This document shows positions 40,945-50,835 of a DNA stretch of 64,000 bases, piece by piece. The first letter of the stretch is position 1, and the number at the start of each line of letters is the position of its first letter. The stretch spans positions 480,001 through 544,000 of the forward strand of contig CAXXUK010000002.1 in assembly GCA_963665125.2 (NCBI GenBank), in the 5' to 3' direction. This stretch comes from an uncultured Desulfarculus sp. (GTDB lineage: Bacteria; Desulfobacterota; Desulfarculia; Desulfarculales; Desulfarculaceae). Below the pieces are notes generated by a model. That model was not told the DNA's origin, made no database searches, and saw only the letters and a list, made by a program, of their open reading frames with translations. Made by a program: the position numbers and the translations under genes.

Positions 40945-43900
40945 TTAGAACATCCAGTTGAAGCCCAGGGACACATCCTGGGAGGTCATGTCGTCGCCCA
41001 GGAGCAGGCCGTATTGCAAAAAGGCGTTGGCGCGGTCGGTGATAACCGCCCGCACGCCAGCCTGCATCTGCAAGGCGTCCTGCGCCGGCTCCATGCCGTA
41101 CACCGTGAATCCCTGGCCCGGATAATCCCGGAACGAGGCCTCTATGCCCCTGGCGTCGTCGCTGAACAAATGCCGCCAACTCAGATCCAGGCGGGGCAGC
41201 AAGGCCCAGGCGTCCAGGTCAAAGCGGGCCGCCGCCCGGAATCCCAGTGCGGATGACCAATAGTCGGCATCGCGGTCCTTGATGTCCAGGTTCAGGAAAT
41301 CCGCGCCGGATTCCCTGAACCCGTCCTCGGACAGGCTCACATAGCCGACATCCAGGCGCGGTCCCATGATCCAGCGGCCGCATTGATAGTCCCAACCGCC
41401 GCCCAAGCGGCCCGACCAGGCGCTGGCGTCGAACGAGGCCCTGGCCGTGGCGCCGGCGTCGCTGAAGGACACGCCGCGGTCGCTGTCATTGTCAAAGCCT
41501 GAATAACTCAGCGAGGCGTCTAGGTAAAAAGCGCCCAGGTCGGCCATGGCGTAGAGCCCGCCCTGCATTGATTTCTGGGTGCAGTCGTCTCCGGTCCGGC
41601 TGAAATGAACATCGGTATTGCCCGCGGCAAAGGCCATGCCCAGCCGCAGCCAGGGCAGCACCGGGCCGTCGGCCCCCAACACGGCCCCGCCGCCGGATGC
41701 ATCGTAGCCCAGGTTTTCGGCATTGCCGCTTCGGCGGTTCCAGCTTCCCAGGGCCCTGGCCCACAAAGACCAGTCTCTTTGCAGAGGCTCCGCGGCGATG
41801 CCCTTGCCGGTTTCCTCGGCGGCCAGCTGCACGGGCCCGCCCTTGGTGCCCAGGTTGGCGCCCAGCTTCGCCGCCGTCCGTCCCCAGTCGGCCCGGTCTT
41901 GCATTATGCCGTCGAAAAGCCGTGTGTTTTGCAGGGCGGCCCAGCTCAGGCCGTCGTACATCTCGGGGTTGCAGGCCGCCAGGACATCCCGGATCTGATC
42001 GGCGTCGTATTGCCAGTCCATGACGTAGAAAAGAGCGGCCATGGCGTCTTCATTGGCTTGGGCCAGGGGCACGATGGCGTCCATGGCCCGGCCCACGCCG
42101 CGCTGGTTGGCGTTGACTCCGAAATCGCTGTAGGACTTGCGGGCCAGAACCACCGCAACTTCATTGGCTGAGTATTGCAGGCCCAGGCTCAAGACGGCCG
42201 ACTCGGCCAGGGTGCCGGCCGCGGTATCGAATTGCCCGGTTATGGTCTGGTCGGCGCTGAGGATGACCCAGGCCGTGTCTGAAGTATACAGTTCCTTGGG
42301 CATGTCCAGCGAAACGGTTCCGCCCTGGATGATGATGCTGGTGGCGTGGAGCAGGTCGCATGATCCGTCGGTTGATATCTCGCACTGATACACGGAGTTG
42401 GCTCCGTGGGTGTAGCTGCCGACGATGGTCATCGTGCCGATGGAGTTGCCCGGGGCCAGGACGCCGCCGGTGTTCGATATGTTGCCGTGGACGCTGCCGG
42501 AGCCGCTCATGGTGCCGCTGTTGTTCAAGCTGGCGACGCTGAGTATGCCGTTTACAATGAGGCTGCCCGAGTTGCTGGCTGCGCCGCCGACGCTGGCCGT
42601 GCCGCTGATGATGGCGCTGCCGCTGTTGGTGAATGTCCCTGCATTCAAGGAACCGCTCACGTTTAAATTGCCACTGTTGGCAACCGGGCCTGTCGAGGCC
42701 GCGCCGCTGATCGCCACGCTTCCGCTGTTACTGATGCTGGACGCGCTTAGGGAACCGCTGATGCCAAGGCTCCCCGTGTTAACCACTACACCGCTTATAT
42801 TGGTTGCGCCGCCAAAACTGGCATTGCCCGAGTTGTCCAGGCTGGCCGCGCTGAAGTTGCCCGAGGCCTTGAGCGTGCCCGTGTTGGTCGCCGCGCCGCT
42901 GAAGCTGGCATCGCCGTTGAAAGTGGCCGTACCGGCGTTTTTCAAGGTGGTGCTGTCAAGGCTGCTGTTCAGGACAAGAGTGCCGGTGCTGGTCACGGTC
43001 GATCCGAGGTTGAAAACCCAGGTGCCGGTGAGCGTTGTTTTGCCGTCCACGTATAAACCAAGGTTTTCGAAGTTTAGGTATTTTGTCGAAAAGTCGGCGG
43101 AGCTCATGACGCCCGAGACGCCGTAATACAAAGAGTCGTTGCCCGCTTGGCCGTCCACCACGTCGCCGACGCTGGAGTTGCCTTGAACACGGACCGTGTC
43201 GTCGCCGCTGCCCGAGTAGATGCCGCCGCCAACCCTTCCCGAGTTGATGATTGTGTTGCCGCTGGCGCTGGAGCCGGAGCCTTCGTTGTAGGTGCCGTAG
43301 ATGCCGCCGGACACCGTCCCGGAGTTGTTGATGTAGTTGCCGCCGCCGCTTGAGCCGGAGCCCTCGTTGTAGGTGCCGTAGATGCTGCCGGCCACCCTGC
43401 CGGAATTGTGGATGGTGTTGGACCCTCCGCTGGTGGATGCCCCAAAGTTGTACGTGCCGTAGATGCACTGGGTCACCGCGCCGCTGTTGTCGATGCGGTT
43501 GCCGCCGCCGCTGGAGCCCGCGCCGTCATTGCAGGTGCCGAAAATGTCGTGGGCCACCGCGCCGCTGTTGCCGATTGTGTTGCTGCCGCCGCTGGATGAG
43601 CCGCCTACGTTCCAGGTGCCGTCTATGTATCCGGTTGAGCCGGAGTTGGTGATGGTGTTGGACCCGCCGCTGGCGGCGGCGCCATCGTTGTAGCTGCCCA
43701 GGATGCTGTCGCCCACCGTTCCGGAGTTGTTGATCGTATTGCCGCCGCCGGTGGCGTTGTCCCCGGAGCTCCAGCTTCCGTAGACATCGGTGACCACGCT
43801 GCCGGTGTTGGTTATTGTATTGCCGCTGCCGCTGGACCCGTCGCCCAGGTTGTCGCTGGCCACTATGCCTTGGGCCGCGCCGGTGTTGTTGATGGTGTTG

Positions 43901-45636
43901 GAGCCGCCGGTGGTGTTGTCGCCGAAGTTTTCGCTGCCGAAAATGATGACGTTTTGGGACCCGCTGTTGTTGATGGTGTTGGAGCCGCCGCTGCTGTCAT
44001 CGGCCATATTAAAGCTGCCGAAGATGCCCAGGCCGCCCACCGTGCCGGAGTTTGTGATGGTGTTGGCGCCGCCGCTGGAATTGTCCCCGCTGTTCAGGCT
44101 TGCGTAAAGGGTGCCGCCCACCGTGCCGGAGTTTGTGATGGTGTTGCCGCCGCCGCTGGAATTGTCTCCGCTGTTCAGGCTTGCGTAAAGGGTACCGCCC
44201 ACCGCGCCGGAGTTTGTGATGGTGTTGCCGCCGCCGGAGCTATATGTCCCGCTGTTGCCACTACCGCAAAGTGCGTTGGTAACAGTGCCTGCATTGATAA
44301 TGGTGTTGGAGTCTCCCGAGGCATGGTCGCCGGTATTCGCGCTGCCCACAACCTCACCGGCCTGTCCGGTGTTGGTAATGGTGTTTTCGCCACCGGAAGC
44401 GTTGTTGCCTGAGTTTTTCGAGCCGTAGAGGAGTCCGGCGGTATTGCGGTTATCGATGGTATTGCCGCCGCCGCTGGTGTTCGTGCTCCGGTTGTCACTG
44501 CCGATTATCGAATTATTCACCGTGCCGGAGTTGGTAATGGTGTTGCCGCTGCCGCTGGAATATGGGTCATAGTTGAAACTTCCGATGATTTCGTCGCCCA
44601 CCGTTCCGGAGTTGTTGATGGTGTTGCCGCCGCCTACTGCGTTGTCGCCCTCGTTGAGGCTGCCGTAGATGTCCCTGTCCACCGTTCCGGAGTTGTTGAT
44701 GGTGTTGCCGCCGCCGCTGGATGCCTGGCCCTCGTTGTAGCTGCCGTAGATGTCCCTGTTCACCGTTCCGGAGTTGTTGATGGTGTTCTCGCCGCCGCTG
44801 TTGCCGCTTCTGTAGTTGAAGCTTCCGAAAATGCTATACCCCACCGCGCCGTTGTTGTTGATGGTGTTCTCGCCGCCGCTGGTGTCTGAGGCTTCGTTAC
44901 TACTGCCGTAGAGATATCTGGCAACCGTGCCCCCGGCTAGGTTGTTGATGTTGTTGCCACCGCCGCTGCTGCCGTCGCCAATGTTGTAGCTGCCATAGGT
45001 GTCCTCAGTGACCGTTCCGGAGTTGTTGATGGTGTTTTCGCCGCCGCTGCTGCCGTTGCCAGCGTTATGGCTGCCGTAGAGGTCCCCACCAACCGTGCCG
45101 TTGTTGTTGATGGCGTTTTCGCCGCCGGTGGTGCCGTTGCCGGAGTTGAAGCTGCCGAAAAGGTCGGTTGCCACTGTGCCGTGGTTGTTGATGGCGTTTT
45201 CGCCGCCGCTTGAGCCTTCGCCTTGGTTATCACTACCGTAGATATAACTAATAACCATGGCTCCGGACTGGTTATTGATTGTGTTGTCGCCGCCGCTGGA
45301 GTTGTCGCGTTCGTTGTAACTGCCGTAGATGGTTTCGTCCACTGTACCGGCGTTGTCGATTGTGTTGCCGCCGCCGTTATAGCCTGTTGCCGCCGTGTTG
45401 GGGTTGCCGTATACAGTGCCGCTTACCGTGGCCCCGGCATCGTTGGTGAGTTGGTCCGGATTGCCGCTGCCGGACCAGTTGCCCGCGCCGCTGTAATCCA
45501 GTGGATTGCCCGAAGCCGGGTTGGTGCCCACCGCGGCCATTGCCGGCACACTACAGGCCAGGCAAATCGCCAGATACATGCTGATAATGAAAATTGATGT
45601 CAGTTTGCCGTGTTGATGGCGGATTGTAGTGACCAC
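40945..45636 (-). CDS. Autotransporter adhesin with repetitive Gly/Asn/Ser passenger
   Basis: Signal peptide, about 27 repeats, LAPGNSIG motif, C-terminal barrel (SLWARALGS...GFNWMF). Confidence 0.9.
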   Translation of the reverse strand: MVTTIRHQHGKLTSIFIISMYLAICLACSVPAMAAVGTNPASGNPLDYSGAGNWSGSGNPDQLTNDAGATVSGTVYGNPNTAATGYNGGGNTIDNAGTVDETIYGSYNERDNSSGGDNTINNQSGAMVISYIYGSDNQGEGSSGGENAINNHGTVATDLFGSFNSGNGTTGGENAINNNGTVGGDLYGSHNAGNGSSGGENTINNSGTVTEDTYGSYNIGDGSSGGGNNINNLAGGTVARYLYGSSNEASDTSGGENTINNNGAVGYSIFGSFNYRSGNSGGENTINNSGTVNRDIYGSYNEGQASSGGGNTINNSGTVDRDIYGSLNEGDNAVGGGNTINNSGTVGDEIIGSFNYDPYSSGSGNTITNSGTVNNSIIGSDNRSTNTSGGGNTIDNRNTAGLLYGSKNSGNNASGGENTITNTGQAGEVVGSANTGDHASGDSNTIINAGTVTNALCGSGNSGTYSSGGGNTITNSGAVGGTLYASLNSGDNSSGGGNTITNSGTVGGTLYASLNSGDNSSGGANTITNSGTVGGLGIFGSFNMADDSSGGSNTINNSGSQNVIIFGSENFGDNTTGGSNTINNTGAAQGIVASDNLGDGSSGSGNTITNTGSVVTDVYGSWSSGDNATGGGNTINNSGTVGDSILGSYNDGAAASGGSNTITNSGSTGYIDGTWNVGGSSSGGSNTIGNSGAVAHDIFGTCNDGAGSSGGGNRIDNSGAVTQCIYGTYNFGASTSGGSNTIHNSGRVAGSIYGTYNEGSGSSGGGNYINNSGTVSGGIYGTYNEGSGSSASGNTIINSGRVGGGIYSGSGDDTVRVQGNSSVGDVVDGQAGNDSLYYGVSGVMSSADFSTKYLNFENLGLYVDGKTTLTGTWVFNLGSTVTSTGTLVLNSSLDSTTLKNAGTATFNGDASFSGAATNTGTLKASGNFSAASLDNSGNASFGGATNISGVVVNTGSLGISGSLSASSISNSGSVAISGAASTGPVANSGNLNVSGSLNAGTFTNSGSAIISGTASVGGAASNSGSLIVNGILSVASLNNSGTMSGSGSVHGNISNTGGVLAPGNSIGTMTIVGSYTHGANSVYQCEISTDGSCDLLHATSIIIQGGTVSLDMPKELYTSDTAWVILSADQTITGQFDTAAGTLAESAVLSLGLQYSANEVAVVLARKSYSDFGVNANQRGVGRAMDAIVPLAQANEDAMAALFYVMDWQYDADQIRDVLAACNPEMYDGLSWAALQNTRLFDGIMQDRADWGRTAAKLGANLGTKGGPVQLAAEETGKGIAAEPLQRDWSLWARALGSWNRRSGNAENLGYDASGGGAVLGADGPVLPWLRLGMAFAAGNTDVHFSRTGDDCTQKSMQGGLYAMADLGAFYLDASLSYSGFDNDSDRGVSFSDAGATARASFDASAWSGRLGGGWDYQCGRWIMGPRLDVGYVSLSEDGFRESGADFLNLDIKDRDADYWSSALGFRAAARFDLDAWALLPRLDLSWRHLFSDDARGIEASFRDYPGQGFTVYGMEPAQDALQMQAGVRAVITDRANAFLQYGLLLGDDMTSQDVSLGFNWMF
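43235..45380 (-). repeat. About 27 tandem repeats of about 27 aa (81 bp)
   Basis: Consensus GGxNTINNSGTVxxxIYGSxNxGxxSS; near-identical 81-bp units at about 44041-44235. Confidence 0.9.
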
Positions 45637-45967
45637 TGTTGCCCCCTGGCAGGAGTTTGTTCGCCTTTTAGCCTAGTTGGAACGAATAGACAGACGATCA
45701 TGGAATCAACAAAATGAGTAGAGAATATTCTCCCTAATACCCCAAATCAATAATTTTATTTAATAAAGCTATAATTTTCATTTAAAAAACCGATTTAAGC
45801 AAAGTGGGTTTTCTATTTTAACAAGGGCCGCCCGATAATGTGGATGCCTGGAATAGGTCAGCTTGTTTAGCTTATAATGGCGGCATGGGAGATGCCACAA
45901 CGGAACCGCAAAGGGTGTCCTTAATCTATCCTTCCCGCGCCGGGCGGGAGAAACGCGCTTTACGTCT

Positions 45968-46813
45968 ATGAGAAAATTCGCCGTATTGCAGTTGTCGGGC
46001 TGCGCCGGGTGCGAAGTCAGCCTGCTGGACTCCGAGGCCTGGATAAACCGCTACAAGCTGGAATACATGCCCCTGGTCATCTCCAGCCACGACGTTCCCG
46101 AGGTGGATGTTCTACTGATCAGCGGCGGGGTGCGCACCGAGCAAGACCTGTACAACCTGCGCCGGGCCGTCAAGAGCGCTCCGGAAGTGGTGGCCGTGGG
46201 AACTTGCGCCATATCCGGCGGTGTGGCCTCCCTAGGCGACCGCAAGGAACTGCGCAAGCTTTTCCTGGAAGAGCACAGGCCCTACAAGGTGCCGCACCTG
46301 CTGCCCGAATGCCGCCCGGTGGACGCCTTTGTAAACGTCGACCGCTATCTACCCGGCTGCCCGCCCACGCCGGAGTTGTTCATGCGGGTGATCTCCGGCG
46401 AGGAGTATCCGCCCAACAACAAGGTGCTGTGCCTGGAATGCGGCCGCAAAAAGAAAAAGGAAGTGCGGCCCAGCAAACTGGCCGGATTCCGCCAGGGCGA
46501 GGTGGATTCGGACCTGTGCCTGGTCAAGGCCGGGTTTTTGTGCATCGGCTCATCCACGCGCAGCGGCTGCGGGGCAATCTGCCCCAAGGCCGGCTTCCCT
46601 TGCGTGGGTTGCCGGGGGCCGGCCGACGGCTTTATCGGCAAGGACTCTGCATCCTGGTTTGAAAGCATCAAAAAGGTGTTCCACGCCCTGACCGACATAC
46701 CGGATGAAGAAATCGACGCGGGCCTGCGCTCGGCCCAGATGTCTCTGTTCCTGTTCCAATTTTCCGATTACGCCGAAGATGGGGCCGCCCGGCCCAAGGA
46801 AAAGATGGTGTAG
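45968..46813 (+). CDS. [NiFe] hydrogenase small subunit (group 3, MvhG/HydD-like)
   Basis: GCAGC, VAVGTCAISGG, PGCPP, distal CLEC..C..C.G..T..GCGAIC..PCVGCRG. Confidence 0.88.
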   Translation: MRKFAVLQLSGCAGCEVSLLDSEAWINRYKLEYMPLVISSHDVPEVDVLLISGGVRTEQDLYNLRRAVKSAPEVVAVGTCAISGGVASLGDRKELRKLFLEEHRPYKVPHLLPECRPVDAFVNVDRYLPGCPPTPELFMRVISGEEYPPNNKVLCLECGRKKKKEVRPSKLAGFRQGEVDSDLCLVKAGFLCIGSSTRSGCGAICPKAGFPCVGCRGPADGFIGKDSASWFESIKKVFHALTDIPDEEIDAGLRSAQMSLFLFQFSDYAEDGAARPKEKMV

Positions 46814-46814
46814 C

Positions 46815-48128
46815 ATGGCCACCCTGACCTTCCCCCTGAGCCGCATCGAGGGCCACGCCCAGGTAGTCATTGAGGTCCACAACGGCAAGGTGGCTTCGGC
46901 TCACTTCCAGGCCACGGAATTCCGGGGCTTTCAGCATTTTGTGCGCGGCGTGCCGGCCGAGGAGATGGTGGTCATCGTGCCGCGGATCTGCGGGGTCTGC
47001 TCCACGGCTCACCACGTTGCCGCCGTCAAGGCCCTGGAGGATGCCTTTGGCGTCAAGCCGCCGCCCCTGGCCGAAATGATCCGTGAGCTGCTGCTGTTGG
47101 GCCAGATGATCCAGAACCAGGCCACCAGCCTGTTTCTGTTCACCATGCCCGACCGCCTGGGCACCGACAGCCTGTTCCAGGACGCCGCCGGGGCTGACGA
47201 GGCCCACAAGGCGGGGCTGATCACCCGCCGCGCCCTGGAGGTCCGCAAGGCGGGCACGGATTTGATCAAGGCCGCTGGCGGGCAGTTCGTCCATCCTGTC
47301 AAGGCCGTGGTGGGCGGGGTGACCAGCGGAATGGACGACGAAACCATCGCCGAGGTGCGTCAGGAGATACTCAAGGCCCTGCCCCTGGCCTGCGAGTTGC
47401 TCGAATATTATTTCCAAAAATCCGAGGAACTTCGCAAACGCGTGGGGGCCTGGGGCGATGACCAGCCGGCCTGCTTCCTGGCGGCCGTGGAAGACACTCT
47501 ACCCGACTACAGCGGCGGCGACCTGCGGGTCATGGGCCTGGACGGCCGCATAGCCGCCGAATTTCCGGCCTGGGATTTCCGATCGTACCTCACCCACGAG
47601 GAAACCGACTACAGCTATGCCGGGCGCACCAGCTTTCAGGGGCAGGTGATCCAGGCCAACAGCCTGGCCCGGATCAATCTGGCCGAAAAAATGGGCACGC
47701 CCCTCGCCGACAAGCACTTGGAGGATTTCCGCCTGGCCTACGGCAGGCCGGCCTACGGCATCTATCTCTACGATCTGGCCCGGGGCGTCGAGCTGGTCTA
47801 CAGTCTGGAACGGGCCCTGGAGGTCCTGGCATGGCTGCCCACCGGCGGCGAGACCCAGGTGGCCTACGATGTCCGCGACGGCCAAGGCTATGGCGTGGTG
47901 GAGGCCCCCAGGGGGCCGCTGATCCACTATTACGACATCAAGGACGGCGTGATAGCCGAGGCCGAGTTCGTCATTCCCACGGTGCACAACGTCAGGGCCA
48001 TGGAGCGGGCCCTGCGGATCGAGGGCCAACGCCACATCAACGGCGGAAGCATCGACCTGGAGCTGGAAAACGCTGTGGGCCGGGTGGTGCGGGCCTTTGA
48101 CCCGTGCATCGCCTGCGCGACTCATTAA
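46815..48128 (+). CDS. [NiFe] hydrogenase large subunit (group 3-like)
   Basis: RIEGH, L1 RICGVCSTAH, EAPRG, L2 DPCIACATH at the very C-terminus. Confidence 0.92.
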   Translation: MATLTFPLSRIEGHAQVVIEVHNGKVASAHFQATEFRGFQHFVRGVPAEEMVVIVPRICGVCSTAHHVAAVKALEDAFGVKPPPLAEMIRELLLLGQMIQNQATSLFLFTMPDRLGTDSLFQDAAGADEAHKAGLITRRALEVRKAGTDLIKAAGGQFVHPVKAVVGGVTSGMDDETIAEVRQEILKALPLACELLEYYFQKSEELRKRVGAWGDDQPACFLAAVEDTLPDYSGGDLRVMGLDGRIAAEFPAWDFRSYLTHEETDYSYAGRTSFQGQVIQANSLARINLAEKMGTPLADKHLEDFRLAYGRPAYGIYLYDLARGVELVYSLERALEVLAWLPTGGETQVAYDVRDGQGYGVVEAPRGPLIHYYDIKDGVIAEAEFVIPTVHNVRAMERALRIEGQRHINGGSIDLELENAVGRVVRAFDPCIACATH

Positions 48129-48163
48129 TTGCCGCCAAAGACCGTCCTGGACTTTGACGGCAA
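48129..48163. repeat. Palindrome with CC-GTCCT-GG loop, related to the 16367 hairpin
   Basis: ttgccgccaaagacc-gtcct-ggactttgacggcaa directly after the stop codon. Confidence 0.6.
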
Positions 48164-48278
48164 GCGCTTGTAATTCCGCGGCATCCCGTTATATAAGATC
48201 GTCTATCCACTTGCGCGCCAAGGCTCGTGAAAAGGCCCTGGTTTGATCTTTGCCTAAAACAAGGGAAATGCGCCGCCC

Positions 48279-49880
48279 ATGAGTCAAAGCGTCAGAGACA
48301 TATTCGCCGAAAAGGCCCTGGCCGACATCCCCAAGATCCTCACCCTGATGGACCGCAACCGGCACAGCCCCACCTACGGCTGCTTTGACCGCAGCCACTG
48401 GCACTACAAGATCATCGACTTTCCCAGCGGCATGAGCCAGGAATGCGTCTATCCCCTGGCCCTGTGTTACGCCCTGGATATGCCGGGCAACGAGTATTAC
48501 CAACAGCCCGCCGTCAAACAATGGGTGGAGGCGGGCATCCGTTTCGCGGCCCGCAGCGCCCATGCCGACGGCTCCTGCGACGACTACTTCCCCTTTGAAA
48601 AGGCCCTGGGCGCGGCGTCGTTCACCCTGTTGGCCTTTGTGGAAAGCATGGAGCTGTTGGACATCAAGGACCCCGATCTGCTGCGGTTCATCGAACAGCG
48701 GGCCGATTGGCTGGCCGACAGGGAAGAATCGGGGCGTCTGTCCAACCACCAGGCCCTGGTGGCCCTGGGCCTGCTCAAGGCCTCGGCACTTTTGGGCACC
48801 AACCGCTTTGAAACGGCCATCAAGCGCAGGGTGGGGCAGCTTTTATCCTGGCAGGACCCTGAAGGCTGGTTCCCTGAATACGACGGCTGCGACCCCGGCT
48901 ATCAGACCCTGACAATTTCGCTTCTGGCCGAACTGGATCTGCTTCGGTCCGACCTGGGCATCAGGGAGCCCCTGAGCCGGGCCATAGATTTCACCCTCAA
49001 CTTCATGCACCCCGACGGCAGCTTTGGCGGCGAGTATTGCAGCCGCAACACCTACAATTACTTCCCCCATGGTTTCGAGTTGGCCGGGCAGTGGCACATG
49101 GGCGCCCTGGACATGAACAGCGCCCATGGCGCGGCCCTGCAAAAGGGCCTGGGCGCCTGCTTCAGCGACGATCACGTCCTGAGCCATCATGTAGTCAACT
49201 ACCTGCTGGCCTGGCGGGACTGGGTCGAGCAACGCCCCGAACCGGCCCCGCGCCTCCAAGGCCGGATGTGGTACCCCAACGCCAAGCTGCTCATCGAACG
49301 CCGGGAAGGCTATGAACTGTATGCGGGCCTGAACAAGGGCGGCGTGTTCAAGCTGTTCAAGGACGGCCAACTGGTGGCCAGCGACACCCAGTTTTCGGTC
49401 ATCGAAAAGCAGGGCAAAAAGACCCGCAACGCCGTGGGCCATCTTTTTGATGAATACAAACTCGACTTTCAAGACGACGGCGTCACCATCAGCGGCAGCC
49501 TTGGCTGGGCCAAGCAGGGACTGATGACCACCATCAAGCTGCTGATCCTGCGCTCGGGCATGATCACCGTGGGCGGCCTGGCCCCTGACCTGGTGCGCAA
49601 GGTCCTGCAACGCATGCTCATCGTGGGCAAACAGGACTCGCCGTACAGCTTCAAACGCACCCTGCGTTTCGAGGGCGGCGCATGGCTGGTGATCGACGAA
49701 CTCAACTGCCCGGACTGGTCCAAGGTGGAGCAGGTGGCCCTGGGCCCGGATCAGACCTCAATCTACATCGCCATGAGCCGGACCTATCAACGGGGTCAGC
49801 TCCAGGACTGGCTACAGGTCATCCCCGGCCGTCCCAAGCCCCAAAACGGTCAAAGCCTGATTGTCGAGAGAAGTTTCTAG
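48279..49880 (+). CDS. Hypothetical protein with probable (alpha/alpha)-barrel N-terminal region
   Basis: Repeats HADGSCDD, QDPEGWFPEY, MHPDGSFGG resemble prenyltransferase/cyclase-type barrel repeats; function unknown. Confidence 0.6.
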   Translation: MSQSVRDIFAEKALADIPKILTLMDRNRHSPTYGCFDRSHWHYKIIDFPSGMSQECVYPLALCYALDMPGNEYYQQPAVKQWVEAGIRFAARSAHADGSCDDYFPFEKALGAASFTLLAFVESMELLDIKDPDLLRFIEQRADWLADREESGRLSNHQALVALGLLKASALLGTNRFETAIKRRVGQLLSWQDPEGWFPEYDGCDPGYQTLTISLLAELDLLRSDLGIREPLSRAIDFTLNFMHPDGSFGGEYCSRNTYNYFPHGFELAGQWHMGALDMNSAHGAALQKGLGACFSDDHVLSHHVVNYLLAWRDWVEQRPEPAPRLQGRMWYPNAKLLIERREGYELYAGLNKGGVFKLFKDGQLVASDTQFSVIEKQGKKTRNAVGHLFDEYKLDFQDDGVTISGSLGWAKQGLMTTIKLLILRSGMITVGGLAPDLVRKVLQRMLIVGKQDSPYSFKRTLRFEGGAWLVIDELNCPDWSKVEQVALGPDQTSIYIAMSRTYQRGQLQDWLQVIPGRPKPQNGQSLIVERSF

Positions 49881-49881
49881 C

Positions 49882-50835
49882 ATGAGCCTCAAACGCCTGA
49901 TCACCATCGGCATAAGCATCGCCATCCTGGCGGCCATCTACAGCCTCATCGATATGGGCAATTTCCGCAGTGTGGTGGCAGGGTGTAATGTCTGGCTGCT
50001 CGTCGGCGGCTTGGCCCTGGTCGTTCCCATCACAATAGTGACGGCTTGGCGCTTTTTGATGTTGGTGCCCCGGCAGGCGGGCATCGGCCTGTGCGAGGCC
50101 TTGAAGCTGGTCCTGGCGGCCAGCACCCTGAACCTGGTGCTGCCCTCCAAGATGGGGGATCTGTCCAAGGCCTATTTCATGCGCAACAAGGGCCACATGG
50201 AGGGACCGGCGGCCCTGAGCGTGGTGATGTTCGAAAAACTCTGCGACGTGCTGTCGCTGCTCACATGGTGCCTAGTGGGGCTGTTGGTCCTGCAAAGCGA
50301 TGACGCCCTTATCCAGGGCCTGGGCGCGGCGGCCGGCTGCCTGTGGCTGGCCGGAGTGCTGCTGCTGGTCAGCAGGCGCATCGCGGCTTTGGCCTTTTGG
50401 CTGGCCAAGCTGATCCCCTGGGGCAAACTGCGGGGCTTCGTGGCCAAGACGGAGGCCTCGTGGAGCGACATGCAGCAGCAGATCAGCCGCTCGCCGGGGG
50501 CCAGTTTCAAGGTCGGCCTGACCTCCCTGGGTTTGTGGCTGATGCATTTGTTCCAGATATGGATCTTCATCCTGGCCCTGAACGCCCAGGTGCCCCTGGT
50601 CATCAGCTTCAGTCTCAGCGCCCTGGCCATCTTCGCCGGGCTGCTGCCCCTGTCGTTCGCCGGGATAGGCACCAGGGACGCGGCGCTTATCTATTTCTAT
50701 GCGGCGTACTTCGGCCCGGCCACCGGCGCGGCCCTGGGCATTCTGTGCACCATGCGCTACATCATGCCGGCCCTGGCCGGGTGGCCGTTTTTTGGCGGGT
50801 ACATGCAAAAGACGCCGGGGGCGGATACGGACTAA
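49882..50835 (+). CDS. Lysylphosphatidylglycerol-synthase TM / flippase-like membrane protein
   Basis: RF..L, NLVLPSKMGDL, EKLCD, PLSFAGIGTRD. Confidence 0.8.
   Translation: MSLKRLITIGISIAILAAIYSLIDMGNFRSVVAGCNVWLLVGGLALVVPITIVTAWRFLMLVPRQAGIGLCEALKLVLAASTLNLVLPSKMGDLSKAYFMRNKGHMEGPAALSVVMFEKLCDVLSLLTWCLVGLLVLQSDDALIQGLGAAAGCLWLAGVLLLVSRRIAALAFWLAKLIPWGKLRGFVAKTEASWSDMQQQISRSPGASFKVGLTSLGLWLMHLFQIWIFILALNAQVPLVISFSLSALAIFAGLLPLSFAGIGTRDAALIYFYAAYFGPATGAALGILCTMRYIMPALAGWPFFGGYMQKTPGADTD

Noticed and set aside
43235..45380. 81-bp periodic repeats as a CRISPR array
   Set aside because: The repeats are in-frame, degenerate at codon third positions and lie inside an autotransporter ORF; no cas genes are present
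46815..48128. [NiFeSe] hydrogenase
   Set aside because: The L2 motif is DPCIAC with ordinary TGC codons and no in-frame TGA
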